In this document: positions 1-12,225 of the stretch, one piece after another | Numbering within the stretch: the stretch's first letter is position 1 | Layout: every line of letters starts with the position of its first letter | Assembly: GCA_951406725.2 (NCBI GenBank) | Contig: OX597815.1 | Span: 207,638,001 to 207,702,000, forward strand | Source: Octopus vulgaris | Lineage: Eukaryota | Reading direction: 5' to 3' | DNA: 64,000 nucleotides | Position numbers and translations under genes: made by a program | The notes under the pieces: model-generated | Told to the model about the DNA's origin: nothing | The model's database searches: none | Seen by the model: only the letters and a program-made list of their open reading frames with translations

Positions 1-774
1 GGATTGGGCTGGTTAGAACATTAAAAAAAAGATAGCATATTTGGACTGGAACTGACCAATTTAAATGTTAAAGGGTTAATCAATAAATTAATGATTATTC
101 AATACTGATCACAGATTGGTTTCATGTATGAAGATTCATAAAGAGAGCTGTCCTGCAGAAGCATGTTGGTGATAGACTAGGCCTATACAAGACAGACAGA
201 CCCAGCCACAGTGGTTGTAAGGGAAATTCTGTTCTGTATTCGGTGGTGCCATGTTACAGGGTTTCCTCCTGCTCCTCTTGTCTTAAAGCTCAGCTCTGCA
301 CATATTCACATCAGAGGAAATGGGCTGGTGAACTTCCATCTATTCATTAAGATCTTACTGTGAGGAGGGACAATAAAGCACTGGACTACATTCATTGAAA
401 TACTTTCATCCTTATTGGACAGAAGTTCAAATTCTATTCATGTCCAACAACTGGGACTGAACAGATAAAATAAGCTGGAGTCAGTTCAATCGATATAGTA
501 ATTATCAGTCAATAATAGTACCAATAATACATAGCTTAATCAATTTTCACCCTATTTCTATACAAAAGCACCTTGTAACAACTCAAAAGAAAATACATCA
601 AGTCAATGAACTGAAACAAAAGATATATTAAACTAACTTTAATATATTTGAAGGAACTGTGAGTGTGTGTGTGTGTGTGTGAATATTTATATGATTTGTA
701 GTTGGCATCCTTTTTGTCTTGGGAGACAATGGAGTTGTGCATAAAATAATCTAGTCCGGCTTTTACATTTCATG

Positions 775-1262
775 TCCTAATACATCTCCTGCTGCGGCTG
801 TGTAGTCCTATCCTGGACAAACACTCCCTCTGGCAGGTACCGCAAATGTAGCAAAGACTTTGCCTGGTTGGTTGTAATGTCATAGTTTCTTGTTGACATC
901 TTTTCTTGTCTTTCCATTTCTCCTCTCTCTCTCTCTGTCACTCCTCTGTATTCCCTCTTTTATGGTATGTCGCCAATCTCCACGGTTGCTGGCAACTGCT
1001 TCCCAGTTGCTAATATTGATGTCGCAGGCTTTCATGTCCCTTTTGCAAACATCCTTGTAACGTAAGAATGGTCTTCCCACAGACCTAGTGCCCATAGCAA
1101 GCTCTCCGTAGAGTATATCCTTGAGGATTCTGCCATCTTCCATACGACTAAAATGCCCAAGCCATCTCATACGTCTTTGTGTGAGGAGTGCAAACATGCT
1201 TGGTATTCCTGCTTGCCTGAGGACATCTTTGTTGGGGACATGATTCTGCCATTTGATGACAA
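775..1262 (-). mobile_element. RTE-clade (BovB-like) LINE, 5'-truncated 3' fragment
   Basis: ORF 880..1197 has RRMRWLGH..RMEDGR..KDILYGEL...RSVGRP.LRYKD, followed by a frameshifted C..C..RIGL.S zinc-finger-like tail. Confidence 0.85.
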
Positions 1263-1415
1263 GGATTTATATTTATATGATTATCTTACAAATATACAAT
1301 AAATTGTATTCAACTGATATATTTAGTTATTTTTTTCTTAATTTTAATATATTGATATTTTTCTGTAGTTAGAGTAAGGTTTTGATTTTTTTATTTACAA
1401 ATTTGAATATATTCA

Positions 1416-1821
1416 GCATAGGAGTGGCTGTGTGGTAAGTAGTTTGTTTACCAGCCACATGGTTCCGGATTCAGTCCCACTGTGTGGCACCTTGGGAAAG
1501 TCTCTTCTACTATAGCCTCGGGCCAACCAAAGCCTTGAGTGGATTTGGTTGATGGCAACTGAAAGAAGCCCGTCGTATATATGTATATATATATATATAT
1601 GCGTGTGTGTGTCTGTGTTTGTCCCCCCACAACATTGCTTGACAACCGATGCTGGTGTGTTTATGTCCCCATTACTTAGCAAAAGGGACCGATAGAATAA
1701 GTACTGGGCTTACAAAAGAATAAGTCCCGGGGTCGAGTTGCTCGACTAAAGGCGGTGCTCCAGCATGGCCGCAGTCAAATGACTGAAACAAGTAAAAGAC
1801 TAAAAGACTAAGACTAAAGAC
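1416..1821 (+). mobile_element. tRNA-derived SINE family A (full length)
   Basis: Head ggagtggctgtgtggtaag with B-box-like ggattcagtccc, internal (TA)n(TG)n, 3' ggcggtgctccagcatggccgcag and (taaaagac)n tail. About 10 related copies in the window. Confidence 0.88.
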
Positions 1822-2040
1822 TATATTCGTATTGTTAAAACAATTATTTTTGCAGTTCGTTGTTCATTCATTATTCAGTGGTAATAATGTAGAACTAGTC
1901 TTTGCCACTAGGTAAACCGTGACAAGCAGAGTTATGTTCCTTGACTTGAACCGCTGGTGGGAATGGTGGTAGAATCATAGCTATGATTATGGCTCAATAT
2001 TTCAGCTATGAGTATGGCTCAATATTTATTTAATTTTGTA

Positions 2041-2262
2041 AGGGTGGTGAGTTGGGAGAATTGTTAGCATACTGGACAAAATACCTAGAGGCATTTCATC
2101 CATCTTTACATTCTGAGTTCAAATTCTGTCGAGGTTGACTTTGGATTCCATCCTTTCAGGGTCGATGAAATAAGTACCAGTTGAACACTGAGGTTGATGT
2201 AATCGACTTCACCCCTTTAACGACATTGCTGGCCTTGTGCCAAAATTTGAAACCGATATTTC
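2041..2262 (+). mobile_element. SINE family B (MetaSINE-like core), diverged
   Basis: Homologous to copies at 27551 and 38056; core catcctttcagggtcgat..aagtaccag. Confidence 0.75.
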
Positions 2263-2489
2263 TTTAATTTTGTAAAACACTTAATACAACACTCTACATG
2301 CTGGAAGATTTTCAGAATTGGTAGAGCAGCAGAGAAAATGCCATGTGATATTTAGGTATGTTAATTTAGATTCCATTTTCAAATCCAGCTAAGGCTTTCA
2401 TCATTTCATGGAAACAAGTAGCAGTGAAATAGTGGAACGAATATAATTAACTACAGCTCTTTCTCTTTTAATATGAGGTACTGTACTTA

Positions 2490-2930
2490 TGGAAGGAATT
2501 ATAACCGTGTTTCGTGGTCTGCTACCACAACAGCTCCTTTATAGGATCCAGTTAGCTAAAGACATCATCAGGAGGAACCACATCCGGTTTTGGCCACTAC
2601 TCCTCTACCGTTTTGACGTGGCGGGGCTCCCCGCTTTCGGAGGTGTCTTCAGCTCTGGTGTTGGGTGCATGTCTTCTTTCTTCTGTTCCCAGGCCTCTTC
2701 GATGTATCGTCAGCGAGTGTCATCTGGTGACTGACTGTCTTCTCAAATTTTTCCCTTCAAATACCTGCCGCTAGGCTCCAGCAGGCAGCCCCAGCAAGTT
2801 GTCATGTGATACTGTCTCACCTTAACTGACTAGTGAAGGCGCGTAGTTTTAGCCTGTGCTTTTTCTAAACGACCATCACCTGTCAGTCAGCTTGTCTCAC
2901 CTAATGATGTTATTTCCCGTCGGCGTTAAA
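2490..2930. repeat. GC-rich putative retroelement relic with hammerhead-like core on the minus strand
   Basis: Abrupt CpG-rich block. Minus strand reads ctgatga (2571-2565) ... gaaacacggtt (2513-2503). Confidence 0.4.
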
Positions 2931-3001
2931 AGAAACCAATAATTCTCACATCACAAACAGTCCAAATATCCAATGCACAAAATAATGTTTCTTTTCTTTA
3001 C

Positions 3002-3099
3002 CTGATAGTGTTTTGAAACCCAATGTTTCATTACATTTAGAACCCTCATCGTAGCTGCTGCACTTAACACTGATTCTCGTTTCTTTGTTTTCGTATCCA
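3002..3099 (-). CDS. RasGRF: RasGRF exon, C-terminal part of split REM: (V)DTKTKKRESVLSAAATMRVLNVMKHWVSKHYQ
   Basis: ttttacag acceptor, cag|gtaaag donor, 98 nt, phase 1 to 0. Resembles 'AATNRVLNVLRHWVSKHSQ'. Confidence 0.95.
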
Positions 3100-3130
3100 C
3101 TGTAAAAAAAGTGAAAAGGGAGAATATTTA

Positions 3131-3835
3131 AAATAATAATAATAATAATTAAATTATTGTATACAGTGCTCAGGTGCACCGCAACTTGTCAAAAGTATGT
3201 ATAAAGCATATGCAGTAATGTACAAATGTCTGGAAAGTGAACAGTGTATGAGTCAGATACATGCTTGTGTGTGTATGGAGGGGAGAAAATCAGGTGTAGT
3301 GTTGGCGAATCTCAGGAAGCATGGAAGTTTTGAAGGATGCAGTGCTCCGACAACTAATAACTGATGCCGGCAGTTTGTTCCATGCTTCAGCAACTCTCAG
3401 CGTGAAAAAATGTTTCTGAAAGTCATAGGAGCTGTGCTGTTTTCTGACTTTGTAAACATGTCCACGAGTGTTAGACAGGTAGAGTTTGAAAAGGTGCTCA
3501 GAGTTATTGTTAGTAAGATGGTTGATAATTTTATGGGTGTCTGCCAAGTCAGCTACCAGACATCGGAGTTTCAATGTATCCATGCCCAGGGAAGTAAGGC
3601 ATTCAGAATATGGCAAATGCCTGATGGAGAGTATTCTCTTGGTTGCACGTCGCTGAACGGTTTCCAGACAATCAATATCCTTGGCAAGATAGGGGTTCCA
3701 GACCGGTGATGCAAATTCCAGGTGAGGTCACACCATAGCTATATAAAGCCATAGATAGATAGCCCGAGAGTGGCTTACAAAGGACTTGGTGAGTGATGCC
3801 AATACACCCTCAGCCTTCTTGGCAATTTTAGCAAT
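3131..3835 (-). mobile_element. CR1-clade LINE 3' fragment with 3' UTR and microsatellite tail
   Basis: Degenerate ORF with PHLEFASPVWNP, LETVQRRATK, TRGH.YK and FFTLRV..AWNKLP. Same family as 13150-13615. Confidence 0.88.
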
Positions 3836-4033
3836 ACTAAAAGGGTTTATTTCATAAACCATTTTAGTAAAAGCAAACATAACCAGACATAAGTCCATGC
3901 TTTGCATTTAGCAGTTTTGTAAACTTTTTCATCCTTGCTAACTATTTGAATCTCCAAAGTAAACAGGTGTGAAAACAAGGATATTCTAAGTAGGTAATAG
4001 ATGGTATTGAGGTTAAAACAAAGTCAAAGAAAG

Positions 4034-4545
4034 CATCATCATCATCGTTTAACGTCCGCTTTCCATGCTAGCATGGGTTGGACGGTTCAACTGGGGTCTG
4101 GCAAGCTCGAAGGCTGCACCAGGCCAGTCAGATCTGGCAGTGTTTCTACAGCTGGATGCCCTTCCTAATGCCAACCACTCCGAGAGTGTAGTGGGTGATT
4201 TTATGTGCTACCGACACAGGTGCCAGACGAGGCTGGCAGACGGCCACGCTCTGATGGTGTTTTTATGTGCCACTGACACAGGTGCCAGATGAGGCTGGCA
4301 GACGGCCACGCTCAGATGGTGTTTTTATGTGCCACCAACACAGGTGCCAGACGAGGCTGGCGAACGGCCACGCTCGGATGGTGTTTGTTATGTGCCCTCA
4401 GCACGGAGGCCAGTCGATGCGGTACTGGCTACGGTCACGTTCGGATGGTTTTCTTATGTGCCACCGGCACTGGTACCACAAGGATACAAATTCCATTGAT
4501 GTTCATCTATTTTGATTTGGTTTGATTTGATTTGATTTGATTGAT
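4034..4545 (-). mobile_element. Repeat family C (SINE-like, (GAT)n tail) with 62-bp internal tandem repeats
   Basis: Tail (cat)n at left. Unit marker ttatgtgc at 4201, 4263 and 4325. Homologous to 28939-29322. Confidence 0.85.
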
Positions 4546-5411
4546 TTTCACTTGCCTCAACAGAAGGAGTTAATTTGAACAGATATCAAAGCAAATAGTA
4601 ATTATATATGATATACGTGCTTTTCTTTACCTACGATAAAAGTCAAACTCTTGCATAATGATTGATTGGAAAACTCTTATATTCAACAAAAAGATAAGCA
4701 TAAGTCCTTTGTAATCCCCAGTCCAAACATTTTGCATATTCAAAAAATTTTTAGATTTCTTCAGATTATACCCACAGTAACTGACTAAATTGTTTTATTT
4801 TTTTCTCCCCGTAGTGTTAAAAATTAGTTAAACGGTTGAATCGTAAGCTTTTTAGTTTTCTGTTGAGATAAATTTACAAAGGACTATATAAACTTTATTG
4901 AAAAGAACTTACTCGTGGAATACTCTTAACATAAAGAGAGCAACATTGGCATATTACTTTTAAGTAGTTTTATATCACTTTCTCTGTTCTATTCCAGCTG
5001 GAATGTGTTGTACATCTCAGTACATATGTAAAATTACTGAGTATTTGTTGTAACAGCTAGATGCTTTACCTACTGCTAACTACACAAAATGGAAATAACC
5101 AGCAAACTAAAACAAGAGTGACTTGACTTAATTAAGAACAAAATATTGTTATGAATTCAGATTTGGTTCAGTATGTTATTAAAATAGATTTAGTAATTGA
5201 GTTTTGTGATAAGCAGCTATAGTATGTTGAGTATAAGGGAATTTCTCTTCATTCACAATAGAGAGTAGTTTCAAGTATAAGATATTGTTTTTTCCAAATT
5301 AAATTATTAAGTACACTACCATCATCTAAACCTTGAATACTCCCGTTCTAAAACCTTTTACATATCATCTTTGTCTATGAATTATAATATATTTTTTATC
5401 GTTTATAGTTG

Positions 5412-5706
5412 TATTTTATTTATTTTATTTTTTTTTATTTATTTATTTAGTTTCAGCTCACAAGCTGTGGCCATGCTGGAACACCGCCATTTGGTGTTGC
5501 TACATGATTTTACTTCACGAATGCTTTTTAGCAATTGCCATTTGGTGCATGAGAGAGTTCGATGCAGCTGCCCTCATCTGCACCTCCTGTCATGAAGTTG
5601 GTTCATCAGGGACAACTGACAAGAAGAGATCCAGTTTTATTTTAAAGACATCTGCATCCACCCCATGCAGGTCTCTTAGGTTCTTCGGGAGGATAATATG
5701 TCATAT
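5412..5706 (-). mobile_element. LINE 3' end (CR1/L2-group-like) sharing its 3' tail with SINE family A
   Basis: Minus strand reads ILPKNLRDLHGVDADVFKIKLDLFLSVVPDEP..RAAASNSL, then ggcggtgttccagcatggccacag..ctgaaac and an (aaat)n tail. Confidence 0.75.
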
Positions 5707-6000
5707 ATTTATGACATTCAGGATTTGTAAGAATGTATTTGTACCTAATAATTTAATTTAAAAAAAAAATCATCTCTGTTCTGAAAGCAGACTACTTTCA
5801 CCTAAACCTAGAACATTATTCTAGAAGATGTTTTGTATTCATTCATTATCTTGGGACTAATATATTTAAAAACCTTTACATGTTTATCAGACAGCCATTA
5901 TTATGATTTTTCTTTTTCGTGTAATTTAGATTCTGCTCTTGTCTTCATATTACTTAGAATTTTATGCAAAAATAAATATAGAACCCTTTTGTTTCCTTAC

Positions 6001-6101
6001 CTGGATTTAAATATTGCCGGCTTCCTTTTGGGTGATCGAGTGGATTTGTTGAACCTGCAGTTGCAGCAGCAAATGCAGTGGTAGCTGCAGAAGAACTGGA
6101 T
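6001..6101 (-). CDS. RasGRF: RasGRF exon: SSSSAATTAFAAATAGSTNPLDHPKGSRQYLNP
   Basis: tttag acceptor, cag|gtaagg donor, 101 nt, phase 2 to 1. 'AFAAATAG' resembles RASGRF1 'AFAIATAG'. Confidence 0.9.
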
Positions 6102-6271
6102 CTAAATTTAAAAATAATAATAATTACAAATAATCAGAAAAACAGATGAGATATAATAAATAATACACTGTTATTAATGTTCTTGTTAAGTAAAATAAGA
6201 AATTTGGGAAAAGTAAGATTTCATTGACAATCAGGTAGTTCTGAAATTGTGAAAATCTGAGATGTGATATA

Positions 6272-6674
6272 TCTATATATATAAAGCTGAAGTTGTCTGT
6301 GTGTGTGTGTGGCAGGTTTGGTAGCCTCCAACTAACACTATCTCTTCCGAGACCCTGCGGCGCAAGTTCACCAAAATTGAGAGTATGATAGAAGAAGGCT
6401 TGCTCTTCCTTCCGTAGAAGAAAAAATTCAAATCGGACCATGTTAACACCAAAAGTTATTTACATCAAAAAGGTGCGTTTTTTCTATAAAAATTCCTATT
6501 TTTTACGATTTTTTTTACTGCTGTGTCGCCATTTTTCGGTGTATTTCAACCAGAAAAATGTTCACTTAAAGAGAATAACAAGCTACATAATGCAAAATGT
6601 TTACTTTTCAAAATTTCCAATTCTAAAGGGTCGAAAAGAAAACAAACCCAAGCAACGCCGGGCGATACTGCTAG
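6272..6674 (+). mobile_element. Non-autonomous Helitron
   Basis: 5' TC, GC-rich subterminal cgccgggcg, 3' CTAG, inserted between A and T with no TSD. The 3' end is shared with 44014-44399. Confidence 0.8.
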
Positions 6675-6794
6675 TTTTCATATAAAATCATACTAAAATA
6701 CTTGATATATTTTATTGACTGATCTGAAAACTGCAGAAATATGATTCTTTAATTCAAACTGAGCTTATTATTTTGAAAAACTAAACTGAAACCA

Positions 6795-7060
6795 GGAGCA
6801 GGAATGGCTCTATGATTGAGAAGTTCACTTCTCAACCATGTGGTTTTGGGTTCAGCCCCACTGCATGACACCTTAGGTGAGGGTCTTCAATTATAGCCCC
6901 AGGCTAATGAAAGCCTATAGGCTCAGGAATGGCTATGGTTGAAAAGTTCACTTTCCAGCCACATGGTTTCATGTTTGGTCCCACTGCATGGAATCTGACA
7001 AGTGCCTTCTACTATAGCCCTAAGTTAATCAAAACCTTGTGAGTGGATTCGATAGATTCC
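6795..7060 (+). mobile_element. Two tandem degenerate SINE family A 5' halves
   Basis: Repeated head (ggaatggct...ccatgtgg...ccactgcatg) at about 6800 and 6925. Confidence 0.6.
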
Positions 7061-7469
7061 TTAAATCCTTAAAAATGTTTTAGCACGAAGGCCGCGGCCA
7101 TGCTGGGGAACCACCGCTGTGCTGGGGCACCACCGCTGAGATTGAAACTAAAACAACCATTGTGTGTGTGTGTGTTTACATCTACAATTGCTTGTACAAC
7201 AGTGGAACAGGCATTGTAGTTGTCTTATAGAAATAAGGAAGAGTCTGTTAGCAATACTGTACTTTGGATACCACAACATGATTGAAAATGCTTTGGTCTC
7301 TCTGCAAAGACATAGGTCAAACAGTTAACAGATGACACTGGATGTTACAGAGAACTGTCATGTGTCATGGAAGGTAGAGCTGGTTGGAGGATCAGGGTCA
7401 TGTGAATTTCAACAAGTTCAAGCAATGACGATAATTTCTATGCCACTGGACTTGTTTAGTAGGTATGTA

Positions 7470-8132
7470 TAGGGTGGTCTGAAAGCCTTGACACTTGCTA
7501 CGAACAATATAATAATATCAAACACATGTACTGGTTTTAGTATATTCACTTTCAGTGATGGTGGCACGTAAAAACCACCATCCGAACGTGGCTGATACCA
7601 GCATCACCTTGACTGGCTTCCGTGCCGGTGGCACGTAAAAAGCATCATCCGATCGTGGCCGTTGCCAGCCTCGCCTGGCACCTGTGCCGGTGGCACGTAA
7701 AAAGCACCCACTACACTCGCGGAGTGGTTGGCGTTAGGAAGGGCATCCAGCTGTAGAAACACTGCCAGATCAGACTGGAGCCTGGTGCAGCCTTCTGGCT
7801 TCCCAGATCCCCGGTCGAACCGTCCAACCCATGCTAGCATGGAGATCGGACGTTAAACGATGATGATGATGATGATGATTGACACTGACACTGTCACACA
7901 TCAAGAGGGTCTGTATGAACACCATCATTTTCGTGGCCAAAATGATGCGGTGTCATGTCCTGTGTGATGTTTTACGAAGCTGTTGGCATTTGTACAGGCC
8001 TTCTCAATGTGTGTCAGTGTTAATGAAAGCGAATATACAAAAACCAGTACATGTGTTTGATATTATTATATTTTTCCTCTATTGTTCTTATTACTTTCTG
8101 GTAGGGGGCGACAAGACTTTCGGACCACCCTA
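7470..8132. mobile_element. Tc1/mariner-type MITE with long imperfect TIRs, interrupted by a family C element
   Basis: tagggtggtctgaaag / ctttcggaccacccta termini flanked by TA. Internal inverted ataataatatcaaacacatgtactggtttt. Confidence 0.8.
7557..7879 (+). mobile_element. Repeat family C nested in the MITE
   Basis: gtggttggcgttaggaagggcatccagctgtag ... ggacgttaaac(gat)n. Confidence 0.85.
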
Positions 8133-8287
8133 TACTTAAAACTTAATATAATTTAACAAATGAACATGAAATCGAAAAGCTTTAAACACGTTTTAAATTA
8201 TCCTTCGGTCAAACAAGGAGATGTGTGTAAAATATCTTAATTTGCATTTACTCTATATTCTATAATATTTTGTAATCTGATACATAC

Positions 8288-8420
8288 CGCCGTTTTGACT
8301 GGCGTGACGACGTAACTACAGTTCCCGCTCTAGCCTGCGGGGGTGAACCATCTGCCTGGGCAAAACTGCTTCTGGGAGTTGAAATTGATTCAGCTTCTGC
8401 ACTACCTCTTTTGCTGGAAA
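8288..8420 (-). CDS. RasGRF: RasGRF exon: (F)SSKRGSAEAESISTPRSSFAQADGSPPQARAGTVVTSSRQSKR(R)
   Basis: ctctag acceptor, cg|gtatgt donor, 133 nt, phase 1 to 2. Confidence 0.87.
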
Positions 8421-9762
8421 CTAGAGACATACAATAAATATTAGTAAATAAATTTCTTAAAAAAACAGGTAATGTATGTATGCATGTATGTATAAATATA
8501 TTCATCCCCACAAGTATTAATCAGACGCTTTGTCACTTTCAGAATAAAAATATGAATTAGTGTCACCCCTATCTTTCTATATGATTCTTTGGGATCTGGG
8601 TCTGGGGGTAGGATTTATTTTTTTATTATTTTTTAAATTTTATCTAGTTTCAGCTCACGAGCTGTGGCCATGCTGGGGCACCGCCATTTTTTTTCCAGAC
8701 TGGCTTTAGATTACTCTTAAGTTTTGGTTAATGTCTGTGACTTGACTTTGTTTCTTCATAACTTTCACATTTTAATGATGCACATTACAATTATGCTGAA
8801 AAACAATTTACTTTTGAGGACTATTCCAATATTTTCCTTCCAGAATTGGTTAAATGCCTAACTGTCAATAAAACGAGATTTTTCAAAGACACCAGGATAA
8901 TTTAAAAAAAAAAAAAAGCAAAAATTATTTGAGGTGAATTTGTTGGTATGGCTGTTAGGAATGCTATGAGCCTTTGGAAGATACCCATGTGATCCCGCTA
9001 TTTCTAGCACACTAAAAGACCACATAGAGGATGGGTTGCCAGTGAGTTCATTTAAAAGTGAAAGATTAGCATGGCTAAGTTAAGTCAACATAATACCTGA
9101 TTTCTTCATAAATTCTAATGCTGTCTTTAAATGCTTGGTATTATTCTAAATGCATTTATTCTAAATTTCTTTCCTTCATAGAAATAAAGGACACAAAAGA
9201 AAATTAGATGGAACTCATCAGAAAAGTTAGACAAATTGGGAATAAAATGTATAAATATCATTTAGCGACTACCAGAAATCTGCCAAGAGGGAGGACTTTC
9301 TGTTTGTATTATTATAATACCATACAAATGTGAGCTGAAGAATATAACTCGAAAACCCAGGGTCTTGTAAAGCAGCTCCTTCTAAAGTGAGGCATTACTG
9401 TATTATGAGTCTACTATGTGCCAAGCATCTCACGTAGCTTCCCAAAACACAGACTGTCTTGCATTACACTGTCCGGCCAATTTGATCCCAAGTGGAATGG
9501 GAGTATGGAACAATCCCCGAAGCTGGCATGGCAAGCATTAACTGACTAATTGAATTTTGAATGTAAATTTGGTAGTGTGGGAGACTTCATATAAAACAAC
9601 AAAAGCTCCTTTCTTTATCAGCACAATCTAGTAACCCAAAACAAGTAGTACTTTATGTGCAAAACACTAATTAAACCAACTTTAATTGGATAATTAACAA
9701 TCTGTTGCGTATGCATCCTTGTTTGATATACTATCTTTGGGATTTAGTTTCTAACTGCTTAA

Positions 9763-9984
9763 CCCTTTCGATACCGTATTTATTTTCAGATGCTCTGTCT
9801 TTCTTTCAATTAATTTTAAATATAACAAAGAATTTAGTAAAATAACTTAGTTATCATTCAGCTAGTGTTAGGAACATAAATCGTGACCAAGGTTTGGTGG
9901 AAGATTTTAATTCAAAACTTAAGAAAACAAGACATTTGTACTTCAGAGCCAGAGCCGGTTTCGGCCGGGTTGGTATCGAAAGGG
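9763..9984. mobile_element. piggyBac-type MITE
   Basis: Perfect 13-bp TIR ccctttcgatacc/ggtatcgaaaggg flanked by TTAA on both sides. Confidence 0.85.
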
Positions 9985-10262
9985 TTAAGCAATACAGTGA
10001 CTAAGGAACAGCTTAGATATAAAGACAATATGACATGTGATGATAAAATACTATGATTGAGCATTTATCAACTGACTGTTAATAGTATACAATTATATAT
10101 TGCAGCCAATTGTTTTTAAATCAGTCTCACTTATTATTTGTAATATGTAGAAGAAATTGAATAGATTTGCTGATACTGAACTGAGTTTGAGAGTCATTAT
10201 CAAGCAGTCACTTAACTATATTAGTACCAGAGACTTCTTTAGTTAGAACTGAAAGGAATCAT

Positions 10263-10842
10263 TTAATCCTTTAGTATTTACATTATTCTGTTAGAAGTAA
10301 TAGTTATTCATTCACTTTGCTTTGAATTAATCATGCATTATGTTGTAGCTCTGAGATGATGTAATTATTAATTTTTAGAATGATGTTGGAGGGCTGGTGT
10401 GAGAGACTAGATCTAGACAATCTATTATATAAAATCCATTCTGTCTGTCTGTGTGTGTGTCTTCTAGGATCTCAGGCATCCTCCATCCGATTGTGCTCAA
10501 ACTTGATATGTAGATACTGACGGTATCAGGGCATGTATAAGTCTTGAAAAAATTACAAAAATCGATTCCAGGCGAGAATGCGATCGATAAAGCCGTGGGA
10601 ACGTGCTTTGTGCGTGCAAGTACATCAGTCGAAATCCGTCTTTAGCTGGTGTCTCAAATTTAGGTTAAATCAGTGTTTCTCAAGGGGGAAGCCTATGGGA
10701 CGGTCGGACAAGTTGTTTTGAGAAAATTTGGTTTAAATGCTTGACAACTCAGCACCGTCCATTGGACGGGGTTTGTTTTGCTTGTTTGAACATAAAACAA
10801 GTTGAATATGTTGGAGGATATGGCCAATTTAAATGTTAAAGA
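10263..10842. mobile_element. Degenerate TTAA-type MITE (ccctttagcatt family) split by a Helitron
   Basis: Homologous to 13662-13877, 50815-51040, 55482-55940 and 1-79. Confidence 0.65.
10421..10784 (+). mobile_element. Non-autonomous Helitron (second family)
   Basis: 5' TCTAT, subterminal hairpin ccgtcc-att-ggacgg, 3' CTTG, A|T insertion site inside the MITE. Confidence 0.7.
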
Positions 10843-11429
10843 TTACAATTAGTCCTTGTTTTAACAAATCAGAAAATTAGAAAGTTACAGAACAATATCT
10901 GAAAACTTTGAGGTTACATTTTCAAAATACTTTTTGGTTATCATTTTCTTAAACTGGATTTAAATTTTTAGTTTTCTATTTCATGCAATAAACCCTTCGG
11001 CATTTAATCCAGCAATATCCAGCCAAATTATTCTGCAGATGATTGCTTGCATTAGATGAAACATGCATATTTACAAAGTCTCGATTATAAATTGAGCAGT
11101 TATGTACATTTGTGATAGAAAACAAGAAATTATAGAAAGAATTACATTGTAATGAAAACTTAAAATTTATGATAAGAGTCAGGAAGAATTGACATTTGCA
11201 ATTCATGACGGACTCTCTTGTCGAAGACAATGTATGAGCATTCAGCTTTTGCAAAAATGATTTTGTCCATCCTTACGTTTTCAGTTTAAACTCTGCTAAG
11301 ATCAAGATTAAGCTACTGTTAGGAACATAAACTGTGACTAAGGTTTGGTGGAAGATTTTAATTCAAAACTTAAGAACACAAGATATGTGAACTACAGAGC
11401 CAGAGGTAGTTTCAGCCTGGTTGGTATTG

Positions 11430-11672
11430 ACCTACACAAATGATTTGTTTATAGTGATCAAGTGTGTCATGTACTAGTTCACTCCCTCCATCAAATCAAC
11501 ATTGACTGAACAGGTGTATGGTGTACCACACATCAGGTGTCAAAGTGGTTGCAGAGCCATGTGAGATGAAGTGTTTTGCTCAAGAACACAGTGCACTACC
11601 CAGTCTAGGAATTGAAACCATGATCTCGTGATTGTGAGAGCAATATACTAACCACTAGGCTATGCAGCCTCA
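11430..11672 (-). mobile_element. tRNA-derived SINE family D (CORE-like), diverged
   Basis: Minus strand has a tRNA-like head then gtgttcttgagcaaaacacttcat, shared with the 40928, 45026 and 52120 copies. Confidence 0.65.
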
Positions 11673-11842
11673 TGTAATTCGTAATTGTCCTGATAATACT
11701 AAAACTCTATTATTACTAGAAGTATCACACACACATATGGAGGACCATCTTGTCATAGACAAGAGATGAGGTTTCATATGTCTTTGATGAACAACCTGCA
11801 CAAATGATTTTGTTTATAGAATAGATCAGCTCACTCTCTCCA

Positions 11843-12225
11843 CCATGGCTGTGTGGTAAGAAGCTTGCTTCCCAACCATATGATTCCAGGTTCATTCCCA
11901 TTGCATGGCACCTTGGGCAAGTGTCTTCTACTATAGCCCCAGGCTGACCAAAGTCTTGTGAGTGGATTTGGTAGACAGAAATTGAAAGACGCCTGTTGTG
12001 TTTATATGTGTGTGTGTGTGTCTTTGTCTTGGTGTTTGTCCTTTACCACAACTTGACAATTGGTGTTGGTGTGTTTACATCCCTGTAACTTCACAGTTCA
12101 GCAAAATGAAACTCATAACAAAGAAAGAAAGAAGTAGTGGGGTTGATTCACTCAACTAAAACATTCATCAAGGCGGTGCCCCAGCATGGCCACAGTCTAA
12201 TGACTTAAACAAGTAAAAGATAAAA
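11843..12225 (+). mobile_element. SINE family A, older copy
   Basis: Homology to 1416-1821 over its full length. Confidence 0.8.

Noticed and set aside
1-3001. Next RasGRF exon (expected to start DF...)
   Set aside because: No matching phase-0 exon seen; presumably downstream of position 1.
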